IMG/VR virus record: IMGVR_UViG_3300031683_000036
Span: 1-24,740 of that record
Length of the DNA: 24,740 nt
Strand: one strand, 5' to 3'
Source of the DNA: a virus
Lineage: Duplodnaviria; Caudoviricetes
Shown: positions 1-6,425 of the stretch, piece by piece
Numbering within the stretch: the stretch's first letter is position 1
How the letters are laid out: the number at the start of each line of letters is the position of its first letter
The notes under the pieces: model-generated
The model's database searches: none
Seen by the model: the letters and a program-made list of their open reading frames with translations, nothing else
What the model was told of the DNA's origin: nothing
Translations under genes and position numbers: made by a program

Positions 1-106
1 GATGGCAGAAAAGAGAGCCATGAGTAGGATAGTATTAAAGGTTTGTGGATTCTATGAACTAGGTGTATTTGGTGAAGATGAGAGTGAAGACTTTAAACGC
101 AAATAA
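1..106 (+). CDS. 3' end of a hypothetical phage protein (partial)
   Basis: Frame 2 is open from the window start: MAEKRAMSRIVLKVCGFYELGVFGEDESEDFKRK, TAA at 104-106; the next ATG is at 108. Not in the ORF track. Confidence 0.7.
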   Translation, partial: MAEKRAMSRIVLKVCGFYELGVFGEDESEDFKRK

Positions 107-107
107 C

Positions 108-326
108 ATGAACGAAAAAGGAAGAGGCTGGATACCTCAAACAAAACTACAAGTGTTATTCTTTAGCACTTACACAACGAAGAAAGCAGCAAGTGTAAAC
201 ATGGGGGTTACAGTTACAACCCTCCGCTTGTTGTTTGGTAGAGAAGATAGATTCACTTACAGCCAACTTAAACAACTATCAAAAGATAGTGATGTAAAAC
301 TAACAGACATAATCAAACTAATATGA
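108..326 (+). CDS. Small HTH-like protein (72 aa)
   Basis: ATG at 108, right after the upstream stop, is preferred to the track start at 63. TKKAASVNMGVTVTTLRLL looks like a helix-turn-helix. Confidence 0.55.
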   Translation: MNEKGRGWIPQTKLQVLFFSTYTTKKAASVNMGVTVTTLRLLFGREDRFTYSQLKQLSKDSDVKLTDIIKLI

Positions 327-799
327 AAGATCAATATTTTGAAAAGCTAATTACGCATTCAGCAAAGATAAACAAAACATTTGCAGGTGCTTTACTAGAT
401 AAGGGAAGACAACAGTTTGACGTTGAGTCAAGAAATATGTGTTACAATGTATTAAGAAAATTGAATTGGAGTTTGCCGGACATTGGCAATAGATTCAATA
501 GAGGTCATGCTACTGTTATACACGGGATTAAGAACCATGATATTGCTTATGCGAGAGGTGGGTACTATATGAACAACTATGATGACTTAGTCATAAGAAT
601 GGCTGACAATACAGAGATGGAAAAGATTGAAAACACTAACTACATCGAAAAGAATAGAATCAAGTTCGAGTTACTAGAAGATTCAAACGTAAAGCTAAAG
701 GAAGAGCTATTCGATATTAAAAAAACAACAAGGCTTTTATTACGATCAATCAAAGAACAACAATCATTAACCAATTTATTAAACAAATCATGCAGTTAA
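323..799 (+). CDS. DnaA C-terminal-like HTH protein with coiled-coil tail
   Basis: RNMCYNVLR..WSLPDIGNRFNRGHATVIHG matches the DnaA domain IV signature (SLPxIGxxFxRDHTTVxH). No AAA+ domain. Confidence 0.75.
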   Translation: MKDQYFEKLITHSAKINKTFAGALLDKGRQQFDVESRNMCYNVLRKLNWSLPDIGNRFNRGHATVIHGIKNHDIAYARGGYYMNNYDDLVIRMADNTEMEKIENTNYIEKNRIKFELLEDSNVKLKEELFDIKKTTRLLLRSIKEQQSLTNLLNKSCS

Positions 800-1119
800 A
801 AGGAACAGTTATCGAGATTAAGGAAGTACAAGTTATTTCTGACAAGTTTAAGAAGCAAGAGGTTATTCTTAAACAGGAGGGTGTAGAGTATGACGCTGAC
901 ATTCCTATCGAGTTTATACAGGATAAAGGCATAGAACTTGTGAATGGCTTAAAAGTAGGTCAGTCGTACGAAATAGACATTAATATAAGCGGTAGAGCTT
1001 GGAAGGATCGTTACTTCGTCAGCTTGAAAGGTTGGAAGGTTGCAGAAGCATCTGAATCTACTGAATCCACAAGAAGAGCAATAGCTGCAGATGATGGAGC
1101 TGATGCCTTCCCCTATTAA
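790..1119 (+). CDS. DUF3127-family single-stranded DNA-binding protein
   Basis: FKKQE..IEFIQDK..LKVGQ...INISGRAW..RYFVSLKGWK pattern, plus an acidic SSB-type tail DDGADAFPY. Confidence 0.8.
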   Translation: MQLKGTVIEIKEVQVISDKFKKQEVILKQEGVEYDADIPIEFIQDKGIELVNGLKVGQSYEIDINISGRAWKDRYFVSLKGWKVAEASESTESTRRAIAADDGADAFPY

Positions 1120-1152
1120 ACGAGTATTAGATATACTCAAATGGTTAAATTT

Positions 1153-1185
1153 GGAGGAGCTTTAAGTAGTTCCTCCTTTTTTTTT
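1153..1185 (+). terminator. Intrinsic terminator after SSB
   Basis: Stem GGAGGAGCT (1153-1161)/AGTTCCTCC (1168-1176) with one G.U pair, followed by T9. Confidence 0.85.
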
Positions 1186-1204
1186 ATACATATCAGTATA
1201 ATTA

Positions 1205-1236
1205 TTAGTTTAATTAAATACTTATTTGTATATTCG
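1205..1236 (+). promoter_or_regulatory. Bacteroidota-type promoter variant (sRNA A)
   Basis: TTAG(1205-1208)-N20-TATATTCG(1229-1236); shares TTATTTGTATATT with the element at 1330-1342. Confidence 0.55.
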
Positions 1237-1240
1237 TCTA

Positions 1241-1303
1241 ACATAACTAAATTTTTAATACTACCACTAAAACCCTCATTGTCACGTGAGGGTTTTCTTT
1301 TTT
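1241..1303 (+). ncRNA. Candidate antisense sRNA A (body ~1241-1268 + terminator 1269-1303)
   Basis: Promoter upstream, no plausible ORF, terminator AAAACCCTCA/TGAGGGTTTT + CTTTTTT. Body is complementary to 15885-15907. The TSS is inferred. Confidence 0.6.
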
Positions 1304-1312
1304 ACATTAACA

Positions 1313-1344
1313 TTAGATTATTTAATATATTATTTGTATATTGC
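1313..1344 (+). promoter_or_regulatory. Bacteroidota-type promoter variant for the replication initiator leader
   Basis: TTAG(1313-1316)-N20-TATATTGC(1337-1344). Confidence 0.55.
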
Positions 1345-1348
1345 ACCC

Positions 1349-1429
1349 ATCGAGTAGAGGCGATACTTATAACATTTTTACAAAAACCTATTTCAGCGAG
1401 CCCTCTACCTCCTGAGATAGGTTTTTTTT
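1349..1429 (+). promoter_or_regulatory. Structured leader/attenuator with loop-loop complementarity
   Basis: Hairpin 1: ATCG/CGAT with loop AGTAGAGG. Hairpin 2: 1382-1400/1409-1426 with loop CCCTCTAC, ending in a T8 run (1422-1429). GTAGAGG pairs with CCTCTAC. Confidence 0.65.
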
Positions 1430-1447
1430 ATACCAAATAGTTAAATT

Positions 1448-2254
1448 ATGAAAATCAAATCCGTATTAAGTCAGGGAGCGTTTTGGCAAATCAATAAGTC
1501 ATTAGCTCAAAAGGTAGGTTTAGAGTCTGCTTTATTATTATCCGATCTTATAGATAGGGAATCTTATTTTGAGGGTAGAGATATGTTGATTAATATTAAT
1601 GGTGAAGGTTATTTCTTTGTAACTAGTAAGCAGATAAGCGATGCAACTACGTTATCATATAGGAAACAAAAGAAGTGCATTGCAGTGCTTGAAGATGAAG
1701 GAATGATTAAGACTTTTTTGCGAGGTGTTCCTGCAAAACTACATTTTACTATATGCGAAAGCAAGATTTGGCAAAGTGTAAATACTAGTATTAGCGAAAC
1801 GCTAAAACTAGATTTAGCGAAAACGCAAAACAAGAGTGAGCGAAACGCTAAAACTATTAATAATAATAAAGAATTAATAATAAAGAATAATAATAAAGAA
1901 CAATATAAAAAGGTTGAGAATTATTTTGACAATATTCTGATAGATAATTTATTTAAAGAATTTTTAATATTAAGAGTATCTTTAAAAGCTAAAAACACAG
2001 ATAGGGCTGTAGGGCTTATATTAAAAAAATTAGAAGGACTATCTCCAGAACTACAAACGGAGATGCTAGAGCAATCAATTGAGAACAGTTGGAAGAGTGT
2101 ATTCCCTATTAAAAAACAATTCAACAAAGCAGAACCTACAAGCCTAAGCAAACACTACTTCCCTGATATGTTTAAAAAGGAAGAGAACCCTTTACCGATA
2201 GAAACAAAGATTCTAAGCACTGGAGATATGAACGACTTTTTTAGTAAACCATAA
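1448..2254 (+). CDS. Phage replication initiator (N-terminal wHTH, C-terminal replisome-organizer-like domain)
   Basis: NKSLAQKVGLESALLLSDL...FFVTSKQI..TTLS..KQKKCI..L...GMI wHTH, low-complexity linker with DNA repeats, C-terminal FKEFL..R...MLEQSIENSWKSVF. Confidence 0.75.
   Translation: MKIKSVLSQGAFWQINKSLAQKVGLESALLLSDLIDRESYFEGRDMLININGEGYFFVTSKQISDATTLSYRKQKKCIAVLEDEGMIKTFLRGVPAKLHFTICESKIWQSVNTSISETLKLDLAKTQNKSERNAKTINNNKELIIKNNNKEQYKKVENYFDNILIDNLFKEFLILRVSLKAKNTDRAVGLILKKLEGLSPELQTEMLEQSIENSWKSVFPIKKQFNKAEPTSLSKHYFPDMFKKEENPLPIETKILSTGDMNDFFSKP
1793..1900. repeat. Putative origin: iterons plus AT-rich 13-mers inside the initiator gene
   Basis: AGCGAAACGCTAAAACTA at 1793 and 1839, with a variant at 1816 (23-nt period). 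TAATAATAAAGAA occurs exactly at 1861, 1875 and 1888. Confidence 0.75.
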
Positions 2255-2256
2255 AA

Positions 2257-2288
2257 TTTGCTTAATCCGATAATTAGAATTACATTTA
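2257..2288 (+). promoter_or_regulatory. Bacteroidota-type promoter for gene 2305
   Basis: TTTG(2257-2260)-N20-TACATTTA(2281-2288); 2272-2289 is 17/18 identical to 3515-3532. Confidence 0.6.
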
Positions 2289-2304
2289 CCAAAACAAAAC
2301 AACT

Positions 2305-2979
2305 ATGAAGGAAATAGGAAAAGAACCAAGCGATCAACTATTAAAATTCTGTGAACTAACGATTAATAAATGCTTGTTTGAGATGAGCCAAAAGAAGTCT
2401 TTAGAAGATGCCTCAATAATGGCGAACATATTAATGACTGATTTGAACGACAGCTTCTACAGACTAACTCAGCAAGATGTAGTTCAAGCATTCCATAGAG
2501 GAGTAAGAACAGGAGAACAGTTAGCAATCAATCCTCGAACGTGGTGTAACTGGTTAAATTCTCAGAAGTTGAAATCTAACGCCACACGCATCAATTCATC
2601 ACAGCTTAACGAGAAGATGTTAATTGAAAGTAAATGCAGTAGCGTTGATAAAAAGCAGGTTCTGAAGGATTTCTTAGAGCTTTGTGTAATTGAACCATAT
2701 GAAGAATATTGCAAAGATGAAGACATTATACTGCAAGGAGTCAATCAAATATTCATTTGGCTTGAGAAAAACGGCTTTCTATTTGTATCAGACGAGGAGA
2801 AGGAAAAGATTTGGACAAAGGTACAAGGCACGATTAAGAAGCGGAAGATGTTCACGCATAACAATGAGAAGCAATTCCATCCAGTAATTATGTGCAGAGA
2901 ATACGCCATCATGAATTTATTCAAAGAAATGCGTGAGTCAAAAGTTGATTTGCGAAGTGAAATTTTAAAAGCTATTTAA
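2305..2979 (+). CDS. Putative replication accessory protein (helicase-loader position)
   Basis: 224-aa ORF right after the initiator; helical LTQQDVVQAFHRG motif. Function is inferred from position only. Confidence 0.45.
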   Translation: MKEIGKEPSDQLLKFCELTINKCLFEMSQKKSLEDASIMANILMTDLNDSFYRLTQQDVVQAFHRGVRTGEQLAINPRTWCNWLNSQKLKSNATRINSSQLNEKMLIESKCSSVDKKQVLKDFLELCVIEPYEEYCKDEDIILQGVNQIFIWLEKNGFLFVSDEEKEKIWTKVQGTIKKRKMFTHNNEKQFHPVIMCREYAIMNLFKEMRESKVDLRSEILKAI

Positions 2980-2981
2980 TT

Positions 2982-3158
2982 ATGAACGAAGAAATAAGTA
3001 AACTATTAGAAGAGAATGCCTTTAACGTAGCCAATTCAGGCACTGGAAGTCATAAAGATATTGGAGGAGAAAAGGAAGTTCAGAAGGCTTGGCAAATAAT
3101 ACAGAAGAAGATTAAGAAAATAGATGCAGCCTTTTACGAAGTAATCAAAGAACGATGA
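2982..3158 (+). CDS. Hypothetical protein (58 aa)
   Basis: MNEEISKLLEEN...FYEVIKER fills the gap; ATGA overlap with the next gene. Below the track cutoff. Confidence 0.7.
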   Translation: MNEEISKLLEENAFNVANSGTGSHKDIGGEKEVQKAWQIIQKKIKKIDAAFYEVIKER

Positions 3159-3499
3159 AATCAAAAGAAGATGATTTACAGGTTGCAGTAGTTACCTACT
3201 TGAAGCTAAAATATAAAGCTCTTTACTGTGCTTCTTTAGGTGGTCAATACCAAAAGCACATATCTCAAAGAATGAAAGCTAAAAGAACTGGCTACGTTGC
3301 AGGATTCCCTGACCTATTCATTTACGAATCCAAAGGTGATTACAGCGGTTTAGCTATCGAATTAAAAGTAAAAGGTAACTATGCCTCACCTAAGCAAAAG
3401 GATTGGATAGAGAAGCTAAACGCTAGAGGGTATTCAGCTCATGTATGCACAGGCTTCGACAACGCAAAGGAAGTGATAGACAATTATTTTAATCAATAA
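3155..3499 (+). CDS. VRR-NUC domain nuclease (PD-(D/E)xK; resolvase-like)
   Basis: EDDLQ...GYVAGFPDL...IELK..G..SPKQKDW..L..RGY motif set. Confidence 0.85.
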   Translation: MKSKEDDLQVAVVTYLKLKYKALYCASLGGQYQKHISQRMKAKRTGYVAGFPDLFIYESKGDYSGLAIELKVKGNYASPKQKDWIEKLNARGYSAHVCTGFDNAKEVIDNYFNQ

Positions 3500-3531
3500 T
3501 TAGTACATCTCGAAAATTAGAATTAAATTTA
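3500..3531 (+). promoter_or_regulatory. Promoter variant, probably giving a leaderless transcript
   Basis: TTAG(3500-3503)-N20-TAAATTTA(3524-3531); the ATG at 3536 lies only 4 nt downstream. Confidence 0.5.
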
Positions 3532-3535
3532 CGGA

Positions 3536-3691
3536 ATGAAACAGACAAACAGCAAAAGAGTAATGCCACCTATACACAAACAAACAGCTTTCGAGCTTAT
3601 GTTTGGCTGGAGTGGCACAATAGAAAAGGTAAGATTAAAACCATTGAAACTAGAGAAAGGAGCGTCTAGAGTTAATGGCGTAAGGATTTAG
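3536..3691 (+). CDS. Hypothetical protein (51 aa)
   Basis: MKQTNSKRVMPPIHKQTAFELMFGW...VNGVRI, TAG at 3689-3691. Below the track cutoff. Confidence 0.55.
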   Translation: MKQTNSKRVMPPIHKQTAFELMFGWSGTIEKVRLKPLKLEKGASRVNGVRI

Positions 3692-3880
3692 AGGGGTTCT
3701 ACTTGAGTGAATCAATAACTATTGAACGGCGTAACATTCGGGAGGGGATCTGTCAGATGTTGAGTGAAGTGAGTAAGCTACTAGAACGCTGCGAATTAGT
3801 TTAAACCATTGGGGTTTAAAAGTCAGAGTTAGGGAGGGCGGGATTCCTCCCTAACCATGGACTAACTAAAAGTAACGCAA
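3692..3880 (+). ncRNA. Candidate structured non-coding RNA upstream of the GIY-YIG gene
   Basis: GC-richer gap with nested stems: GTTCTA/TAGAAC, TCAAT/ATTGA, AACAT/ATGTT, TTTAAACC/GGTTTAAA, GTTAGGGAGG/CCTCCCTAAC, AGTC/GACT, TGCG/CGCA. No family recognised. Confidence 0.5.
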
Positions 3881-3882
3881 AA

Positions 3883-4365
3883 ATGAAGAAATGTACGAAA
3901 TGCAATATAGATAAAGACTTAATAGATTATCCTAAGCAATCTAGTAAAAAGTCAGGGTTAGCTTCTCAGTGTAAGAAATGTGATAATTTTAGAAATAGAA
4001 TTTACCACCTATCTAACTTAGCAAAATCTAATATTAAAAGTAAAATATACCGAGATTCACTTAAAGAAAATGTTGTGTATAGAGTTTCAGTCGAAGGTAA
4101 AGGTTCTTATATTGGAAGTACGACTTGCGGACTACTAGCAAGGTTAGGACACCACAAAGGGTACTTATGTAGAGGTGAGCATAAAAACCATAAACTACAA
4201 GCCATATATAATAAGTTAGGCTGGGATGTGTTTAAATTCAAAGTCATAGAAATATTAGAATCGGATGTAGACCTAAAGGTTAGGGAGCAATACTATATTG
4301 ATAACAATAAAGAGTCATTAAACATAGCAACGGCTAACAAAAAAACTAAAACAATACTAATCTAA
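3883..4365 (+). CDS. Zinc-finger + GIY-YIG endonuclease
   Basis: N-terminal CTKC...CKKC; VVYRV..SYIGST..R...H...REQYYI..N matches the GIY-YIG motif order. Confidence 0.8.
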   Translation: MKKCTKCNIDKDLIDYPKQSSKKSGLASQCKKCDNFRNRIYHLSNLAKSNIKSKIYRDSLKENVVYRVSVEGKGSYIGSTTCGLLARLGHHKGYLCRGEHKNHKLQAIYNKLGWDVFKFKVIEILESDVDLKVREQYYIDNNKESLNIATANKKTKTILI

Positions 4366-4388
4366 AGTAGTCGAATTCGACCACTTTA
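4363..4388. repeat. 26-bp imperfect palindrome
   Basis: TAAAGTAGTCGAATTCGACCACTTTA, one mismatched pair, no U-tract. Confidence 0.7.
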
Positions 4389-4401
4389 AAACAAGACTAA
4401 G

Positions 4402-4620
4402 ATGGAAGCACGAGAGATAGACCACATGCTTGAGCTAGGATACTGGATTCAGGTAAGTCCATTAGCTAATGCAGGTTCAGGTTGGATATGCGGAATATAT
4501 AAACGAGGAAAGATTTCAGGCAACTGGATAACGGAAGTGTCTAAAAAGTTCGATAACCCGCTAGGTTGTTTTGAGTGGGCTGATAAAGAGATTGTTCAAT
4601 TAATAAACAAAGTAAAATGA
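4402..4620 (+). CDS. Hypothetical protein
   Basis: 72-aa ORF in operon context; no motif recognised. Confidence 0.65.
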   Translation: MEAREIDHMLELGYWIQVSPLANAGSGWICGIYKRGKISGNWITEVSKKFDNPLGCFEWADKEIVQLINKVK

Positions 4621-4751
4621 AAGACGAGAAGAAAAAACCTACAGAAGTAGCCGAAGCAATGTTTGAGAATTGGCTGAACGATTTAGAAGATAAGGAACAG
4701 CCCGAAGCGTGTTCGATTGATAACCCAGACTGCGAGAATTGCGGTTCATAA
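4617..4751 (+). CDS. Small acidic protein ending CSIDNPDCENCGS (44 aa)
   Basis: ATGA overlap with the upstream gene, TAA at 4749-4751; next ATG at 4762. Below the track cutoff. Confidence 0.7.
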   Translation: MKDEKKKPTEVAEAMFENWLNDLEDKEQPEACSIDNPDCENCGS

Positions 4752-4761
4752 AAAACTAACT

Positions 4762-5118
4762 ATGAGTAAGATAGGAATAAACGAAGTGCTAGAGCTTATT
4801 AATGGATTAACCGAAGCTTTAGAAGACTCAATGGAGTCAAAAGATTTGCTATTCAATTTAGTAGATAGGAATATAAATGACATTGCTGTACTAGAACATC
4901 AAGTTGATGAACTACTGTCTGAACGAAAACCTACAATAGAGGATAAGGTATGTCAGAAGATTCAAGAACGTGCTGAGATGGGTTTAAATAAATATGGCAC
5001 GACTATGGAGAGGACTGACCTTAGTATAGAAGATTGGCTAACTCATGCTCAAGAAGAATCTTTAGACTTATCTATCTACTTAGAAAAAATAAAGAGCTTA
5101 CTACCTATTGTTAAATAA
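4762..5118 (+). CDS. Phage protein with a MazG-like/all-alpha NTP-pyrophosphatase-like C-terminus
   Basis: ATG at 4762 preferred. GLNKYGTTMERTDL..WLTHAQEESLDLSIYLEK carries an EExxD helix motif; the N-terminal part looks coiled-coil. Confidence 0.5.
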   Translation: MSKIGINEVLELINGLTEALEDSMESKDLLFNLVDRNINDIAVLEHQVDELLSERKPTIEDKVCQKIQERAEMGLNKYGTTMERTDLSIEDWLTHAQEESLDLSIYLEKIKSLLPIVK

Positions 5119-5137
5119 TAAAGTGTATATTAGCAAA

Positions 5138-5196
5138 GTATTTCATACATAGTTGTTTTGGTGGGGATGTGGTGTGAAAGCTGCATCCCCATTTTT
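5138..5196 (+). ncRNA. Candidate antisense sRNA B (body ~5138-5161 + terminator 5162-5196)
   Basis: -7-like TATATTAG at 5126-5133 (no clear -33). Stem TGGGGATGTGG/CTGCATCCCCA + T5. Body is 20/22 complementary to 2295-2316. Confidence 0.65.
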
Positions 5197-5219
5197 GCGA
5201 CTATACAAAAACAAAAACT

Positions 5220-5387
5220 ATGAGAGGAATTGTAAACCATTCAATACTAAAAGGAATTAAAAAAGGCAAGAAGATGCACGTGATCAGAAGATACTTAGCT
5301 ATTTGCTATGGTATTAAGGTAGGTCATAAAGTAATGCTCACAAGGTATGGCAACATTAAAAGAAGATTTAGCAGCACATTACGATGA
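5220..5387 (+). CDS. Small basic hypothetical protein (55 aa)
   Basis: MRGIVNHSILKGIKKGKKMHVIRRYL...; A-rich leader; overlaps the sigma factor start. Below the track cutoff. Confidence 0.6.
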   Translation: MRGIVNHSILKGIKKGKKMHVIRRYLAICYGIKVGHKVMLTRYGNIKRRFSSTLR

Positions 5388-5856
5388 TTTGTATAGGATA
5401 GCCTTAAAGATTACTAAGACTACAGCAGACGCAAAGGATTTAACTCAGGACATATATATCATTCTGCTTGAGTACGATCAAAGGAAGCTACAAGTTATTT
5501 TTGACAATGGGCATTTGGGGTTTTGGGTTACTAGGGTAATGTGTAACCAATACCTAAATGCTAATTCTAAGTTTAAGCGTAAGTATTACGGTAAGCTTAG
5601 GACTGATAAAGATAACGACCAGCACTTGGTTAATCTAGTGGACGAAGAGTATGAAGACGATACTAGAATCGACATGATTAACGAAGCTATGAACGACTTA
5701 CATTTCTATGACAGGTCTTTATTCAAAGTCTATACAGAAACAGACCACACAATTAGAAGCCTTGCAGCAGCGACAGGGATAAGCACTACAAGCATATTCT
5801 CAACGCTCAAGAAGGTCAGAAATAAGATTAAAGATGAAGTTAAAAACAAGTACTAG
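5347..5856 (+). CDS. Phage ECF-like RNA polymerase sigma factor
   Basis: Region 2: YDDLYRIALKIT..ADAKDLTQDIYI...FWVTRVMCNQY. Region 4: AMNDL..YDRSLF..TIRSLAAATGISTTSI...LKKVRNKIK. Confidence 0.8.
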   Translation: MATLKEDLAAHYDDLYRIALKITKTTADAKDLTQDIYIILLEYDQRKLQVIFDNGHLGFWVTRVMCNQYLNANSKFKRKYYGKLRTDKDNDQHLVNLVDEEYEDDTRIDMINEAMNDLHFYDRSLFKVYTETDHTIRSLAAATGISTTSIFSTLKKVRNKIKDEVKNKY

Positions 5857-6205
5857 AACCTATCAGGAGAGAATGAGTATCTGTAATGGATGCCCTCACT
5901 TCAGGAAATCTCTTAGTCAATGTAAAAAGTGTGGTTGCTTCATGAAGGTAAAAGCACAGATAGCATTCACTAGATGTCCTGTAGGTAATTGGGAAAGGGA
6001 GAACGACCTAACCAAAGACCAACTTAGTATATTGAAACGATTGCTAAATCAAATCGGTTCAGATAAGATAAACCATAGTGATAATGTAGGAGTTACCAAT
6101 CTATACAATGAAATCTTCGGAATGAAGAAGCAAGTTTCTAAATGTGGTTCTTGTGTAGCTCAAACGATAAACGAACTTAAAGAAATACTTAAAAGTTATG
6201 AGTAA
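5834..6205 (+). CDS. Cys-rich putative metal-binding protein
   Basis: ICNGC..QCKKCGCF..K......CP.G.W plus a C-terminal CGSC. Confidence 0.6.
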   Translation: MKLKTSTRTYQERMSICNGCPHFRKSLSQCKKCGCFMKVKAQIAFTRCPVGNWERENDLTKDQLSILKRLLNQIGSDKINHSDNVGVTNLYNEIFGMKKQVSKCGSCVAQTINELKEILKSYE

Positions 6206-6425
6206 AAATATAAAACCAATTTTCATTATAGGGGTACCCGACACATTTAGCAGTGAAGAGCAATCAGATATAGTAACAAGGGTTTCACAAAGGCTTGACG
6301 AATATCATGTGATGACTTATCATACAAGATCCTTTGAGCCTAAATTTGAATGTTTCAATGCTGACAATTTCACAGACATAAATCTAGAAGAACTAAAGAA
6401 GTTTATAGATGAAAATAGAAAGTAG
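6198..6425 (+). CDS. Hypothetical protein
   Basis: 75-aa ORF overlapping both neighbours. Confidence 0.65.
   Translation: MSKNIKPIFIIGVPDTFSSEEQSDIVTRVSQRLDEYHVMTYHTRSFEPKFECFNADNFTDINLEELKKFIDENRK

Noticed and set aside
323-799. dnaA gene call
   Set aside because: Only the domain IV-like HTH is present, with no ATPase domain.
1120-1152. Fourth sRNA body before the SSB terminator (small hairpin GAGTAT/ATACTC)
   Set aside because: No promoter motif and no convincing complementary target found in the window; treated as the SSB 3' UTR.
1141-1440. 99-aa + strand ORF in the track
   Set aside because: It runs through three terminator-like hairpins and two promoters and has low-complexity F/I/L composition; the region is regulatory.
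1793-1900. CRISPR-like mini-array
   Set aside because: The repeats are nearly contiguous, lack unique spacers and lie inside a CDS; iterons explain them better.
3692-3880. tRNA or hammerhead ribozyme
   Set aside because: No cloverleaf or TTCRA arm, and no CTGANGA...GAAA core.
3692-4388. Group I intron carrying the GIY-YIG gene
   Set aside because: No interrupted host gene (flanking ORFs have their own starts and stops), and I could not find convincing P7/R-S core sequences.
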